IMG/VR virus record: IMGVR_UViG_3300032225_001933
Location: 1-42,853 of that record
Strand: one strand, 5' to 3'
DNA from: a virus
Lineage: Duplodnaviria; Caudoviricetes
DNA length: 42,853 bases
This document shows positions 28,314 to 37,274 of the stretch, piece after piece (position 1 is the first letter of the stretch; every line of letters begins with the position of its first letter). The position numbers and the translations under genes were made by a program. The notes under the pieces were generated by a model. That model saw only the letters and a list, made by a program, of their open reading frames with translations, ran no database searches and was not told the DNA's origin.

Positions 28314-29315
28314 TTATCCAACATTATACATTATTAATACCCATTGAGTACCATCTGATATCCATTGATAGCGTGTATTATCATTTAGAGAGATAGATGT
28401 TGAAAATGTTCCATCTCTATATTCTATATTAGACCCACAATTTATTGTTATTGCGTTTCCACTATTATCTGCTCCTCTAGAAATCCAATATGTTCTATTT
28501 GGATAAGTACTAGCATTAGGTAATTCAATACTGTAATTAGTAGCAGTAGTATTTGAAAATCTATATACAGTAGCAGGAGTATTATCTGCTATAACATAAT
28601 TACCTGTTGCTGTTAAATCAACATACTTATATTGTAAACCAATTGCTCCATTCACCTCTAAATCGGAATGAGGAGTTGTTGTGTTAATACCTGTTTTACC
28701 TGTAGAATCTACAATCAATTTAGCTCCGGTATAATTAGCTGAAGCATAACTTAAATCTCCGATAGCAAATGTACCATCTAAATTAGTTTTTAATGTTACT
28801 TTTCCAAAACCAGAACCATTTGTTATTGAACTACCTGATGTATCATTATCTCCAAATCTAAATTGTCCTTCATTTCCTTGAAAATAAAATAAACCAGAAT
28901 ATCCAGTTTGTCTTCTTACAAATTGAGAACCATTAAAATAAGCATTATCACCAAACCAAGCATTATTTACTGTATATGATTGAATGCCTATTGTTCCAAA
29001 TTGAGCTGTATTGGTATCTGCATTGTTATTATTAATATTTAAACTACCACTTATATTTACTGATCCAGTTATTATTTGATTTCCCCTAAATGTATTTGAA
29101 CCTGTTGTTGCAAATGATCCTGTATTTATGATACCACCACCACCTGTTCCAGCAGGACCTTGTGGTCCAGGACTATTAATCTGTAATATACTAGTTACCG
29201 GTTGTGGTATAGTAATAGAATTACCCTTTATATTATCCGTAATAACAATAGTGTTACCATTAGATAATGATATAACGTTATGATTATAGTTTAATATTTG
29301 GATATTATTAGACAT
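28314..29315 (-). CDS. Short fibre protein
   Basis: GPQGPAG collagen-like triplets, TGSFATTGSNTF module, GKTGINTTTPHSDLEVNG fibre repeat, C-terminal ELPNAS...WISDGTQW domain. Confidence 0.7.
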   Translation of the reverse strand: MSNNIQILNYNHNVISLSNGNTIVITDNIKGNSITIPQPVTSILQINSPGPQGPAGTGGGGIINTGSFATTGSNTFRGNQIITGSVNISGSLNINNNNADTNTAQFGTIGIQSYTVNNAWFGDNAYFNGSQFVRRQTGYSGLFYFQGNEGQFRFGDNDTSGSSITNGSGFGKVTLKTNLDGTFAIGDLSYASANYTGAKLIVDSTGKTGINTTTPHSDLEVNGAIGLQYKYVDLTATGNYVIADNTPATVYRFSNTTATNYSIELPNASTYPNRTYWISRGADNSGNAITINCGSNIEYRDGTFSTSISLNDNTRYQWISDGTQWVLIMYNVG

Positions 29316-29680
29316 TATCGTGTTACTTCTTTACTTATTGCTACCGGACCTTGTAATAAACGTGTTACTACACTACCTGAGGTTATTTCTAAATCATAAT
29401 AAGCGGATTCAAATGATAAAGCTGAAGATGACGCAGCTGATATTACTATACCAATAGTGCCGCTTACTCCGCCTAAAGTTAATCCAGTACCATCTGGTGC
29501 TAATGAGCTACTTAATGTAAGATATGTTGTTGTTGCTGTATCTGCATAGTTGTTTTTAATTTGCATTTTAGCACTATATCCTGTTAAATCTATAGCAGTA
29601 TTATTTGAATCTTTATATGCTAAGTTAAGATTTAATGTTGAACCTTGTTCTATTAATAATGAATATTTTCCTGCTGCCAT
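29315..29680 (-). CDS. Beta-sandwich fibre adaptor (BppU/LtfC-like)
   Basis: IEQGST...IDLTGYSAKMQIK...YYDLEI...TRLLQG pattern. Confidence 0.65.
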   Translation of the reverse strand: MAAGKYSLLIEQGSTLNLNLAYKDSNNTAIDLTGYSAKMQIKNNYADTATTTYLTLSSSLAPDGTGLTLGGVSGTIGIVISAASSSALSFESAYYDLEITSGSVVTRLLQGPVAISKEVTR

Positions 29681-29690
29681 ATTATTTTAT

Positions 29691-30545
29691 TTATAAACTT
29701 CCTGTTGTTTCGTAATCAAATACTACTTGTGATGTTGTATAGAATTTACTACGAGCTGTTGCTAATGTTTTATTAACTGTGTCTGGTATTAGATATCCTT
29801 GTATTTTAATACTAAAATTAGATTTAGCTGCTCTATCAATACCTTCTTCTAATAATGTTGCTGTAGTGATCGAATCAATTGATGCTCTAAATTTCCATCT
29901 GTTAGGATCACCCCAATATGAATCAGAAGCATATTCAACTGCCTCTACTATTTTGTTATTTTGTTCAACAAAATCTGTAAATATAACACAACTATATGTT
30001 ATGGTTACATAATCTGGTACTACTGAAATATAATGTTGCTCAGATGGTTTTTTATCATTTAATATATCAAATTGATCATATGCATTTTTAGCATTATATT
30101 TTGATCCTACTACTTGATATAAGTGTGCTTTATTACCATCTAATTTGTTACCTAATGTACGATTTTTTTCTACAGTTTCACGCTTAAACATTATAAGAGG
30201 AACCATCATACGACCACTATTATCGCGGTAAAAGCCGTCTGCTTGTACTGATTTCCATCTTTCAGGTGAACCATATATTACAGGAACAGCTATTTGAGTT
30301 CCATTTTGTAATACATTTGGTTTAATAACATTATTAAAATAATACATAATAGCTTCATCTATATCCTGTAAACCAACACTGATATCTTTTACAGTGTCAC
30401 TTTTCATTGATATATCATTACCACGATTCTCAGAAAATACCGTGTCACTAACGGGTTTACCCTGGCTAGCGATATATGCAGGTGGTAACGCTTCTTGCGT
30501 TACTTCTGATTGATTTTTTGGTATTACTGGTAGTGGTCTAGCCAT
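29691..30545 (-). CDS. Tail completion / sheath stabiliser (T4 gp15-like)
   Basis: VPVIYGSPERW, PDYVTITYSCVI, IKIQGYLIP; follows the neck genes. Confidence 0.65.
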   Translation of the reverse strand: MARPLPVIPKNQSEVTQEALPPAYIASQGKPVSDTVFSENRGNDISMKSDTVKDISVGLQDIDEAIMYYFNNVIKPNVLQNGTQIAVPVIYGSPERWKSVQADGFYRDNSGRMMVPLIMFKRETVEKNRTLGNKLDGNKAHLYQVVGSKYNAKNAYDQFDILNDKKPSEQHYISVVPDYVTITYSCVIFTDFVEQNNKIVEAVEYASDSYWGDPNRWKFRASIDSITTATLLEEGIDRAAKSNFSIKIQGYLIPDTVNKTLATARSKFYTTSQVVFDYETTGSL

Positions 30546-30889
30546 TATCTTCTATTCTTAATCATTTCTTTTAGTACAGTAGTAAGCTGATCTGCTTTAT
30601 TTAAGGCTGTAACTAATTTAGTTGCCACTGATGCAATATCAGGATCAGCACTAAACTTATATGTTCTAAATGTTTTAGCAAAATTACTAATTTCCATTTT
30701 AACTTTATCAAAATTAGGTAAATATTCTACATCAGATATAGAAGCTCCTGTTTCAGGATTTATAGTTGTATCTTTCATCCTAAATCCTTTTTTTAAAAAA
30801 TCATCAGATGGTTCTTCAGGATTTATTCCAGGATTGTATATGTTTTCTGGTTTACCTAATTCCTTAATTAATTCAGTTAGTTTTATCAT
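30545..30889 (-). CDS. Hypothetical protein with MIKLxxL/IxE leader
   Basis: Likely start MIKLTELIKE at 30889, 2 nt after the upstream stop; the ORF-track start at 30961 overlaps the neck gene. Confidence 0.7.
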   Translation of the reverse strand: MIKLTELIKELGKPENIYNPGINPEEPSDDFLKKGFRMKDTTINPETGASISDVEYLPNFDKVKMEISNFAKTFRTYKFSADPDIASVATKLVTALNKADQLTTVLKEMIKNRR

Positions 30890-30891
30890 TG

Positions 30892-31428
30892 TTATAGTCT
30901 TGATTGTGTTATACCTAGTTTTTCTGGGCGTATGTAGAAACATTCCAATATTATAGACCAAGAACTACCATAAGCGTCTGTTTGAGAAGCATATGAATAT
31001 AATGGATCTTTACCTACTATTAATTGGTTTTCATTTGCATTATTTACCTCATAAAAGTCATTATTCCATAAAATAACATCACCTACTTCAGGTACTATAT
31101 TGTATGTAAATCCTTTTCCATCTGCTCCTAATTCTGTACTTAAATCTATACCGGCTAAATCGTCTCGTAAAAATCTAAATTTCATATTACGAGTAACATC
31201 CATACCAAATTCATCTGTTTTAGGATCAGTATCGCCTCTTTCAATTAAACAATTTAATAATACAGGATCGTTATATGTTTTTTTAGTAGACTCACCGTAT
31301 ATGTTAGCTTGAGTCTTATCTAAATTTATTTTATAATAACCCACCTTTTGCTCAATAATATTATTCAGCAATTCTCTATTTAAATGTCTAAATAGACTAA
31401 TATCTCTATTTTCACCGTATAAGCTCAT
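30892..31428 (-). CDS. Neck / head-closure protein (T4 gp14-like)
   Basis: NIYGES, EFGMD, PEVGDVILWNNDFYEV; position after the adaptor gene. Confidence 0.65.
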   Translation of the reverse strand: MSLYGENRDISLFRHLNRELLNNIIEQKVGYYKINLDKTQANIYGESTKKTYNDPVLLNCLIERGDTDPKTDEFGMDVTRNMKFRFLRDDLAGIDLSTELGADGKGFTYNIVPEVGDVILWNNDFYEVNNANENQLIVGKDPLYSYASQTDAYGSSWSIILECFYIRPEKLGITQSRL

Positions 31429-31766
31429 TAGTATTTACCTACGTTTTGTGCTGTTTTATATCTTGGAATAAATTGTAATAATCCTTGGATGCGTGTTGTT
31501 ACTAGAGCATCTGTTTTTATTTTATCAATATCTGTTTTAGAATCTGATGTTACAAGATATTTCATATGTAACAATGAATATTCAAATTTATCTGTTGCTT
31601 TACTATCTAAAAATTCGCTTTGCTCTACAGTTACAACAACAACACCAGTAAGTGCTCTAATTTGATTATATACTTCTACTTTATTTATATTGGTAGATGT
31701 TTTAATTAATACATCTATTTTATCTAAAGCAACTGCTTCTAATAATATGTTTTGTAACTTAATCAT
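31428..31766 (-). CDS. Hypothetical protein with MIKLxxILLE leader
   Basis: 112 aa; TAATG-coupled on both sides. Confidence 0.7.
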   Translation of the reverse strand: MIKLQNILLEAVALDKIDVLIKTSTNINKVEVYNQIRALTGVVVVTVEQSEFLDSKATDKFEYSLLHMKYLVTSDSKTDIDKIKTDALVTTRIQGLLQFIPRYKTAQNVGKY

Positions 31767-32950
31767 TAAAATATATAAATTGGTAGTGCTACGTTAGTTA
31801 ATGTTTTTTGCATGAAATCAGCTTCAGCAGCTTGATTTTCAAGTTGTGTTTTACGAGATGTTACATCTAACATTGCACGAAGCTGTTCTAATAATTTATC
31901 TTTTTCAGAACGAGCATCAGTTAATAAATCGTCTCCATTTAATTGAACTTCAGCCCCTGGAATAGGAATACTAGCGTATTTTTTGCGGATATATCCTAAT
32001 GTTTCTTTTACAGTAGCTAAAGCATATTGTCTAATCCATTGTTTACCAATAGAATTGATTTGTTGAAATATAGGATTATCATAAGGTACATTACTAACGT
32101 TTGTTACTAGTGTACTTGAACCTGAATCATAATTTGGTGTAGCAGATGTTACATCATTTCTTTCATCACGTTTAATATAATGGAAATATAATCTATGCTC
32201 TGCTCCATCCGCTCTATCTCCTGGTATAGGGAATATTCTTAAATTATTATTTACTATATCAAAAGAAAATGCTGATTTTCTAATTTGGTCATTCAACTCA
32301 ATTGCTTGTAATTTTTGAACATCAAAATAGATAGGCATTAACAAAAAGTTAATACCAGGTGAAAATTGACCAAATCCAAATGTTTCTAATAATGATTGAA
32401 TACCAGTACCTGTACCAGCATATGGATCAAAATAACGAACAATAGCGGGTGGTGCTTCAAAAAACACACGTTTAATTTCAATACCACTACCTGATATTCC
32501 ATTGCTTATAGCCCATTTCTTTAAATCATAATCTTGTACGCTAGAGGTTAATGTAAGAGATCCAGTATAATATGTTGTATAACCACCAACTCCTGCTTCT
32601 GAAGCATATGTTTCAGATATACGAATAAGGGAACCTAAATTTGGAGTAATTAATTTATTATTAAATATAGTTGAGTTATTTACAATATTACCTTCCATTG
32701 CTAAATACCCTTCACGAATTTTCCACTGATAAACTTCATTACCATATGTAGTGATAGATTCTTCTAAGGCTGCGTAGAAATTTATGTCTTGTAATTCGAC
32801 ATTTACAATAGGATAACCTAAGCGCCTAGAGGCCCATGTAGCGAATAATGGAGCTTCCTGTTGAAATTGCAAATCGTTATCATAAAACCCAAATGGGGTA
32901 CTTCCCCATACGGGACCAGGAATATTGTTCCAAATTGGTATATTAGCCAT
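31766..32950 (-). CDS. Neck / head-tail adaptor protein (T4 gp13-like)
   Basis: RRLGYPIVNVEL, WIRQYALATVKETLGYIRKKY..IPIPGAEVQLNGDDL. Confidence 0.75.
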   Translation of the reverse strand: MANIPIWNNIPGPVWGSTPFGFYDNDLQFQQEAPLFATWASRRLGYPIVNVELQDINFYAALEESITTYGNEVYQWKIREGYLAMEGNIVNNSTIFNNKLITPNLGSLIRISETYASEAGVGGYTTYYTGSLTLTSSVQDYDLKKWAISNGISGSGIEIKRVFFEAPPAIVRYFDPYAGTGTGIQSLLETFGFGQFSPGINFLLMPIYFDVQKLQAIELNDQIRKSAFSFDIVNNNLRIFPIPGDRADGAEHRLYFHYIKRDERNDVTSATPNYDSGSSTLVTNVSNVPYDNPIFQQINSIGKQWIRQYALATVKETLGYIRKKYASIPIPGAEVQLNGDDLLTDARSEKDKLLEQLRAMLDVTSRKTQLENQAAEADFMQKTLTNVALPIYIF

Positions 32951-32971
32951 TAATAGTAGTATTTAACACGT

Positions 32972-32979
32972 ATAAATAT
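32972..32979 (-). promoter_or_regulatory. ATATTTAT motif (candidate late promoter)
   Basis: Intergenic, 21 nt before ATG 32950. Confidence 0.6.
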
Positions 32980-32992
32980 AGTAAAATTAATA

Positions 32993-33673
32993 CTATTTGC
33001 CACTATACTCCACCTCTAGGATTTTACCCACTAGATCAGAACGGTGATTATGTTTAAGTTTTAAATATTTTATTTCTGGTATTTTTTTACTAAGTTCTAT
33101 TATATATCTAAGTCCATTATCTCCAGAATTTCTAATATCTGTTTGTTCAAGATCACCATTAATTATAATCCTACCATTCTTCCCAAGCCTTGTAATAATA
33201 GCAAGCATTTCAGCCTTAGTGAGATTTTGGGCTTCCTCCACCACAAGTACATCGTCAACAGTTTTGCCACGTATAAATTGTACAGGTAGCGCTTTAATTT
33301 TTTCATCATTAATGAGCTGTTCAATTTTAACTTTATCATAACACTTTATTAAATTTTCTTGAAATGCTTCTAAGTATGGGTCAAATTTTTCATTTAATGA
33401 ACCGGGAAGAAAACCCAATGAATGGCCTACTTCAACGGCGGCTCGCGTAACAAAAATATTGTCATATTCCTTTTTAAATACAAAGTCAAGCGCTGTTTGA
33501 GCTGATACTAGCGATTTTCCGCACCCTGCTCGACCCGTTATTATAACAATTTGATTTTCTATTATTAACCGTTTTGCTTCTTTTTGTTCATCATTTAATT
33601 GTACTTGATATTTTATTTCATTTTTAAAAACCTTTTTTTGTTGTTGTTTACTTTCTTTTTCTTGATTTGACAT
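32993..33673 (-). CDS. phoH: PhoH-family ATPase
   Basis: Walker A GRAGCGKS, LGFLPG, IRGKT, EEAQN, TRLG, GDLEQTD, HRS. Confidence 0.95.
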   Translation of the reverse strand: MSNQEKESKQQQKKVFKNEIKYQVQLNDEQKEAKRLIIENQIVIITGRAGCGKSLVSAQTALDFVFKKEYDNIFVTRAAVEVGHSLGFLPGSLNEKFDPYLEAFQENLIKCYDKVKIEQLINDEKIKALPVQFIRGKTVDDVLVVEEAQNLTKAEMLAIITRLGKNGRIIINGDLEQTDIRNSGDNGLRYIIELSKKIPEIKYLKLKHNHRSDLVGKILEVEYSGK

Positions 33674-33688
33674 ATTGAATGGTTTTAT

Positions 33689-33696
33689 ATAAATAT
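33689..33696 (-). promoter_or_regulatory. ATATTTAT motif (candidate late promoter)
   Basis: 15 nt before the phoH ATG, just after the capsid terminator. Confidence 0.6.
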
Positions 33697-33730
33697 CAAT
33701 AAAAGAACCCAGGCTTACGGGCCTGGGTTC
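33697..33730 (-). terminator. Rho-independent terminator after the major capsid gene
   Basis: GAACCCAGGC-N6-GCCTGGGTTC 10-bp stem (33705-33730) followed by TTTTATTG on the minus strand. Confidence 0.85.
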
Positions 33731-33776
33731 AAGACTATAATACTGAGATTATAGCGGTATATGTGGAGTTATCATA

Positions 33777-35423
33777 TTAGATAGTATTTAAACCACTAAC
33801 AAAGATCTTACCATAGTAATCAGGACGAATCATTTTCTTAGCGTAACGAGTCATCAAACCTTTTCTTGGTGTGAAAGTGTTTGGATCGTATAACAATGGA
33901 GTCATGATTAATGGAACATATGGAGCAAATACAGCACCACATTCTAAGAATTGAGCACCTTTGTAACCCATTAAGATAACATTCTCAGTCATATATGGAT
34001 TCTTATAAACCTTATAACGGCTATTCAATGAACCAATCTTTTGGATACCAAAGTTAAATTCTTGTTTTTCACCATCCCCATCAGAAGCAAATCCTGGGAT
34101 TGATTCGATGATTGTAGCAACTGTAGGAGACATTACTAAGAAATTAGCACCACCTCTTAAAGTTAACTGATGAATTTTATTAGAAACCTTTTGTAATTTA
34201 GTACCTAAAGTTTGGAACCAACCACCTTGTGTATTGTAATAAACACTAGACAAAGTAGTAGGAGTAGCACCAGATAAAGAGTTATTTGTAACAGCAATTG
34301 CAGTGTTGTTAACAGCTGACCAAGCGTCTACTGTATAAGCATTTTGGATCAACATATCTAACAATTCCAAATCAATTTCCATTGAAATGTATTGAGATAA
34401 GATACCAGTCAATTCAGCTTCAGCATCTACGCTATGATAAGCGTTAAGATCTTGAGCGAATTCTGGAGTCCATTGTGCTTTTAACTTACGAGTTTTAGCA
34501 ACAATAGCTTCAGATTTCAACTGAACGTTAATTTCTGGGATAGCAATTGTAGTAGCTGATTGAGCGTTAGGATAACCATTTCCGCTGGCATCTTCAAAAT
34601 CACCTCTTTCATCAGGTGTAGGAGCAGCGCTATAATATAATTGAATAGCAGGAGTAGTTACAGTTACTTTAGAACCAGTAATTACAAAAGAAGCTGTACT
34701 ATTAGATACAGTTGTAAATGCTTGTAAAACATCAGTAGCAGCAATTGTTGAACCTGAAACTATTACGAATGATCTAACAGCATTTTGATCAGCAATTGGA
34801 GCACCAGCAGTAGCTGTAACAGGCAATGGAACTGATACTTTTTTATAGTTAGTAGCTGAAGCTGAAAAATCAGAGTCAAAGTTAAAATCAGCCCAAACAG
34901 CAGAAGCTGTAGTAGCAGTAATTGAAGCTGAGAATTGGTTGATTGAATAACCAAAACGACCAGCACCGTATAATGATTGAGTGTTAGCAAAATCAGTTAC
35001 GTTGGTTGAGTTGTTAGCACTGTAAAGTGAATCACCAGTTCTGAATGGGTTAACACCAGTACCATATTTGAAATCAAGATAGAATACAAGACCTGAAGGT
35101 AAGTTCATTGGTTGTACACTAACGAATTCTTTAGCAGCGATTTCACCGAATACACGGCGAACCAATGGTAAAGCAACGCCAGCCCAGTTTTCACTGTTAT
35201 AGCCACCACCACTCATAGAGGTAGTACCACCAGTTGCTGAAGCTTCTGTAACTAATTGTTTTGCTTGGTTTTCGAGCAACATCGCCATTGTATTGCGATC
35301 GTTCTCGCTCTTAATGCCTTCCAAAAGGCCAGACTTAGACCACTTGTGGCTAAGCTTTTTTGCATCATCCATAATCACTTTGTATTGATTAGATGATTCT
35401 AAAAGGGTTTGAATCGAGTTCAT
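33777..35423 (-). CDS. g23: Major capsid protein (T4 gp23-like)
   Basis: LLENQ, LVRR, VQPMNLPSGLVFYL, AKTRKLKAQWTPEFAQDLNAYH..DAEAEL, APYVPL, FTPRKGLMTRYA. Confidence 0.97.
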   Translation of the reverse strand: MNSIQTLLESSNQYKVIMDDAKKLSHKWSKSGLLEGIKSENDRNTMAMLLENQAKQLVTEASATGGTTSMSGGGYNSENWAGVALPLVRRVFGEIAAKEFVSVQPMNLPSGLVFYLDFKYGTGVNPFRTGDSLYSANNSTNVTDFANTQSLYGAGRFGYSINQFSASITATTASAVWADFNFDSDFSASATNYKKVSVPLPVTATAGAPIADQNAVRSFVIVSGSTIAATDVLQAFTTVSNSTASFVITGSKVTVTTPAIQLYYSAAPTPDERGDFEDASGNGYPNAQSATTIAIPEINVQLKSEAIVAKTRKLKAQWTPEFAQDLNAYHSVDAEAELTGILSQYISMEIDLELLDMLIQNAYTVDAWSAVNNTAIAVTNNSLSGATPTTLSSVYYNTQGGWFQTLGTKLQKVSNKIHQLTLRGGANFLVMSPTVATIIESIPGFASDGDGEKQEFNFGIQKIGSLNSRYKVYKNPYMTENVILMGYKGAQFLECGAVFAPYVPLIMTPLLYDPNTFTPRKGLMTRYAKKMIRPDYYGKIFVSGLNTI

Positions 35424-35442
35424 TTGTTTAAAATTAATTTAA

Positions 35443-36495
35443 TTATTTAATAATATTTGCGAGTTTTTGCATTCTAGTAATAACATCGTTTGATTCAACG
35501 ATTGCTTTTCTAGGTGCAGTACCAGCTGCTTTTGAAGCGAATCCCATAGATTCTTTAATTTGCTTTTTAGCAGATGGGGTCAATGTCGCGCTTAATGATT
35601 CATAAACAACTTTAGCTTCTTTAGCTGTAGTTGCTTTATCAAAAGACGCAATTACTTGTAACTTTTGTGATTCTGATAAGTTCTTAGCTTTAAAGATCTT
35701 ATTAACATAAAGTAACTTAGCATTTAATAAGTTAACTTCATTTAATTCAGAACGAAGAGTGTTGATAGTAGCAATAGCTTCTTTCATTTCTTCTTTTTCT
35801 TTTCCAGAAGCATGTTCTTCTTTTTCTTGCTTCTTAGTTTCGCCTTTTTCGTGCTTAGATTTCTTTTTAGCTTCGTACATAGATTCTTCTTCCATGTCTT
35901 CGCCTTCACCTAAAGCATCTAATTCAGCTAATAATTCTTCTAAGTCGATTTCATCATCACCTGCATTGTCAGCGTCGTTATCACTTGGACCACCTGCATT
36001 ATCTGCATCTGGTTCATCGTGCATTTCTTCTCCGCCTTCATTGCCTGTTTCTTGAGCAACGATATCAGAAATCAAAGCTTTTAAGTCATCGATAGTCATA
36101 TCGGCTACGTTTTCTTCTTCTTCTTCTTCGTCTTCCTCTTCTTCTTCTTTAGCTTCATTAAGATTTTCATTTTCATCTTCAAGTTCAGCTAAAATTTCAG
36201 ATAAGTCAAAATCTTCTTCTAATTCATCTTCGTTTTCTTCAAGATTAAAATCAATGTTTTCATCTGAATTTCCAGCGTGAGATGATCTGAAACCTTCTTC
36301 CATTTCTTCTTCTTTTGCAGCTTCTTCAAGACCTTCTTCTTCGTACTCTTCCATCTCGTTTAACTTTGCAGCTAACATAGATTGAAGTTTCGGAGTCAAA
36401 GCTTCTTCAAGAGCGGCTTTTGCGTTTGCTAACGCTGCTTCGCGGACTGCTTTTGCGTCGGCGATAGCCTCTTTGAATAAATTTTTGTTTGACAT
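35443..36495 (-). CDS. Prohead core / scaffold protein
   Basis: Highly acidic coiled-coil protein directly upstream of the capsid gene with many L-x-E sites. Confidence 0.8.
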   Translation of the reverse strand: MSNKNLFKEAIADAKAVREAALANAKAALEEALTPKLQSMLAAKLNEMEEYEEEGLEEAAKEEEMEEGFRSSHAGNSDENIDFNLEENEDELEEDFDLSEILAELEDENENLNEAKEEEEEDEEEEEENVADMTIDDLKALISDIVAQETGNEGGEEMHDEPDADNAGGPSDNDADNAGDDEIDLEELLAELDALGEGEDMEEESMYEAKKKSKHEKGETKKQEKEEHASGKEKEEMKEAIATINTLRSELNEVNLLNAKLLYVNKIFKAKNLSESQKLQVIASFDKATTAKEAKVVYESLSATLTPSAKKQIKESMGFASKAAGTAPRKAIVESNDVITRMQKLANIIK

Positions 36496-36504
36496 AAATG
36501 TGTT

Positions 36505-36510
36505 CTCCTT
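36505..36510 (-). promoter_or_regulatory. Shine-Dalgarno sequence of the scaffold gene
   Basis: AAGGAG 9 nt before ATG 36495. Confidence 0.6.
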
Positions 36511-36611
36511 AAATTTAATTTAGGAAATAAGATTATTGGGAATCTTAATAGGGGATTGATAAATACCAAGCTGTCATGAGGATAAAAGTGGACAGCTATT
36601 ATAGGCTGTCC

Positions 36612-36619
36612 ATAAATAT
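36612..36619 (-). promoter_or_regulatory. ATATTTAT motif (candidate scaffold/capsid promoter)
   Basis: Intergenic, 116 nt before the scaffold ATG. Confidence 0.6.
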
Positions 36620-36656
36620 ATGTAGATATTAAAAGCTGCGAATTATTTAAAAAATA

Positions 36657-37274
36657 TTATACATTTGCTATTTTCTGTGCTAATTGTACTACTTCACCTG
36701 ATTTGAATGAAGCTAAACCACCTTCTAATCCAACAGCAGTCATACTATGTGCTTGAGCAGCTGCTACTCCACTAGATATAGCGGCAGCAGCTAACATAGC
36801 AGCATACACACCATGAGCAACTTTATATAGATTTGAATTATGATCTTTTATGTCTTGACCTTCAAATGTTTTAGGAAAAGCTTTAATTAAAATTTCACCT
36901 ATAACTTTTAAATAAGATTCTTCTAATTGATGACCCCATTTTTTAAGAGCATTTCCAACAGTAGTACCTTGTTTTTTATCTTTTTGGAATACACCTGATA
37001 TAGCATTTACTCCTTTTCCTAATAAAGTTATTAATCCAGGAGCACCTACTACTAAACCTAGGGCTAAACCAGCAACTTCATCTACTTTACCATCTTGAGG
37101 TGAAGGTTTTACACTATTTTCACCGGATTGTAACATAGATAATGCTTGTTTCAATCCAGCTTGAGCATCTTTTTCAGCTACTGGGTCTGCTTGTTGGGAT
37201 TGTTGAGGTTGGGTTTCAACTTCAGTAGTAATACCAGCTAATTTTTGGAGTCGTTTTGCTTCTTGTATTAACAT
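36657..37274 (-). CDS. Putative internal head protein with hydrophobic helices
   Basis: Likely start MLIQEAKRLQKLAGI overlapping the protease stop; two Gly/Ala-rich hydrophobic segments. Confidence 0.65.
   Translation of the reverse strand: MLIQEAKRLQKLAGITTEVETQPQQSQQADPVAEKDAQAGLKQALSMLQSGENSVKPSPQDGKVDEVAGLALGLVVGAPGLITLLGKGVNAISGVFQKDKKQGTTVGNALKKWGHQLEESYLKVIGEILIKAFPKTFEGQDIKDHNSNLYKVAHGVYAAMLAAAAISSGVAAAQAHSMTAVGLEGGLASFKSGEVVQLAQKIANV

Noticed and set aside
21486-29315. Diversity-generating retroelement acting on fibre genes
   Set aside because: No reverse transcriptase in the window and no ~100-bp repeat pair differing only at adenines was seen.
33735-33754. CTATAAT/ATTATAG hairpin in the capsid 3' UTR
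   Set aside because: Only 7 mostly A-T pairs; cannot be distinguished from chance without conservation data.
34763-34990. 75-aa minus-strand ORF nested in the capsid gene
   Set aside because: Leu/Gln-rich alternate-frame shadow of GCT/ACT/TCA codons.
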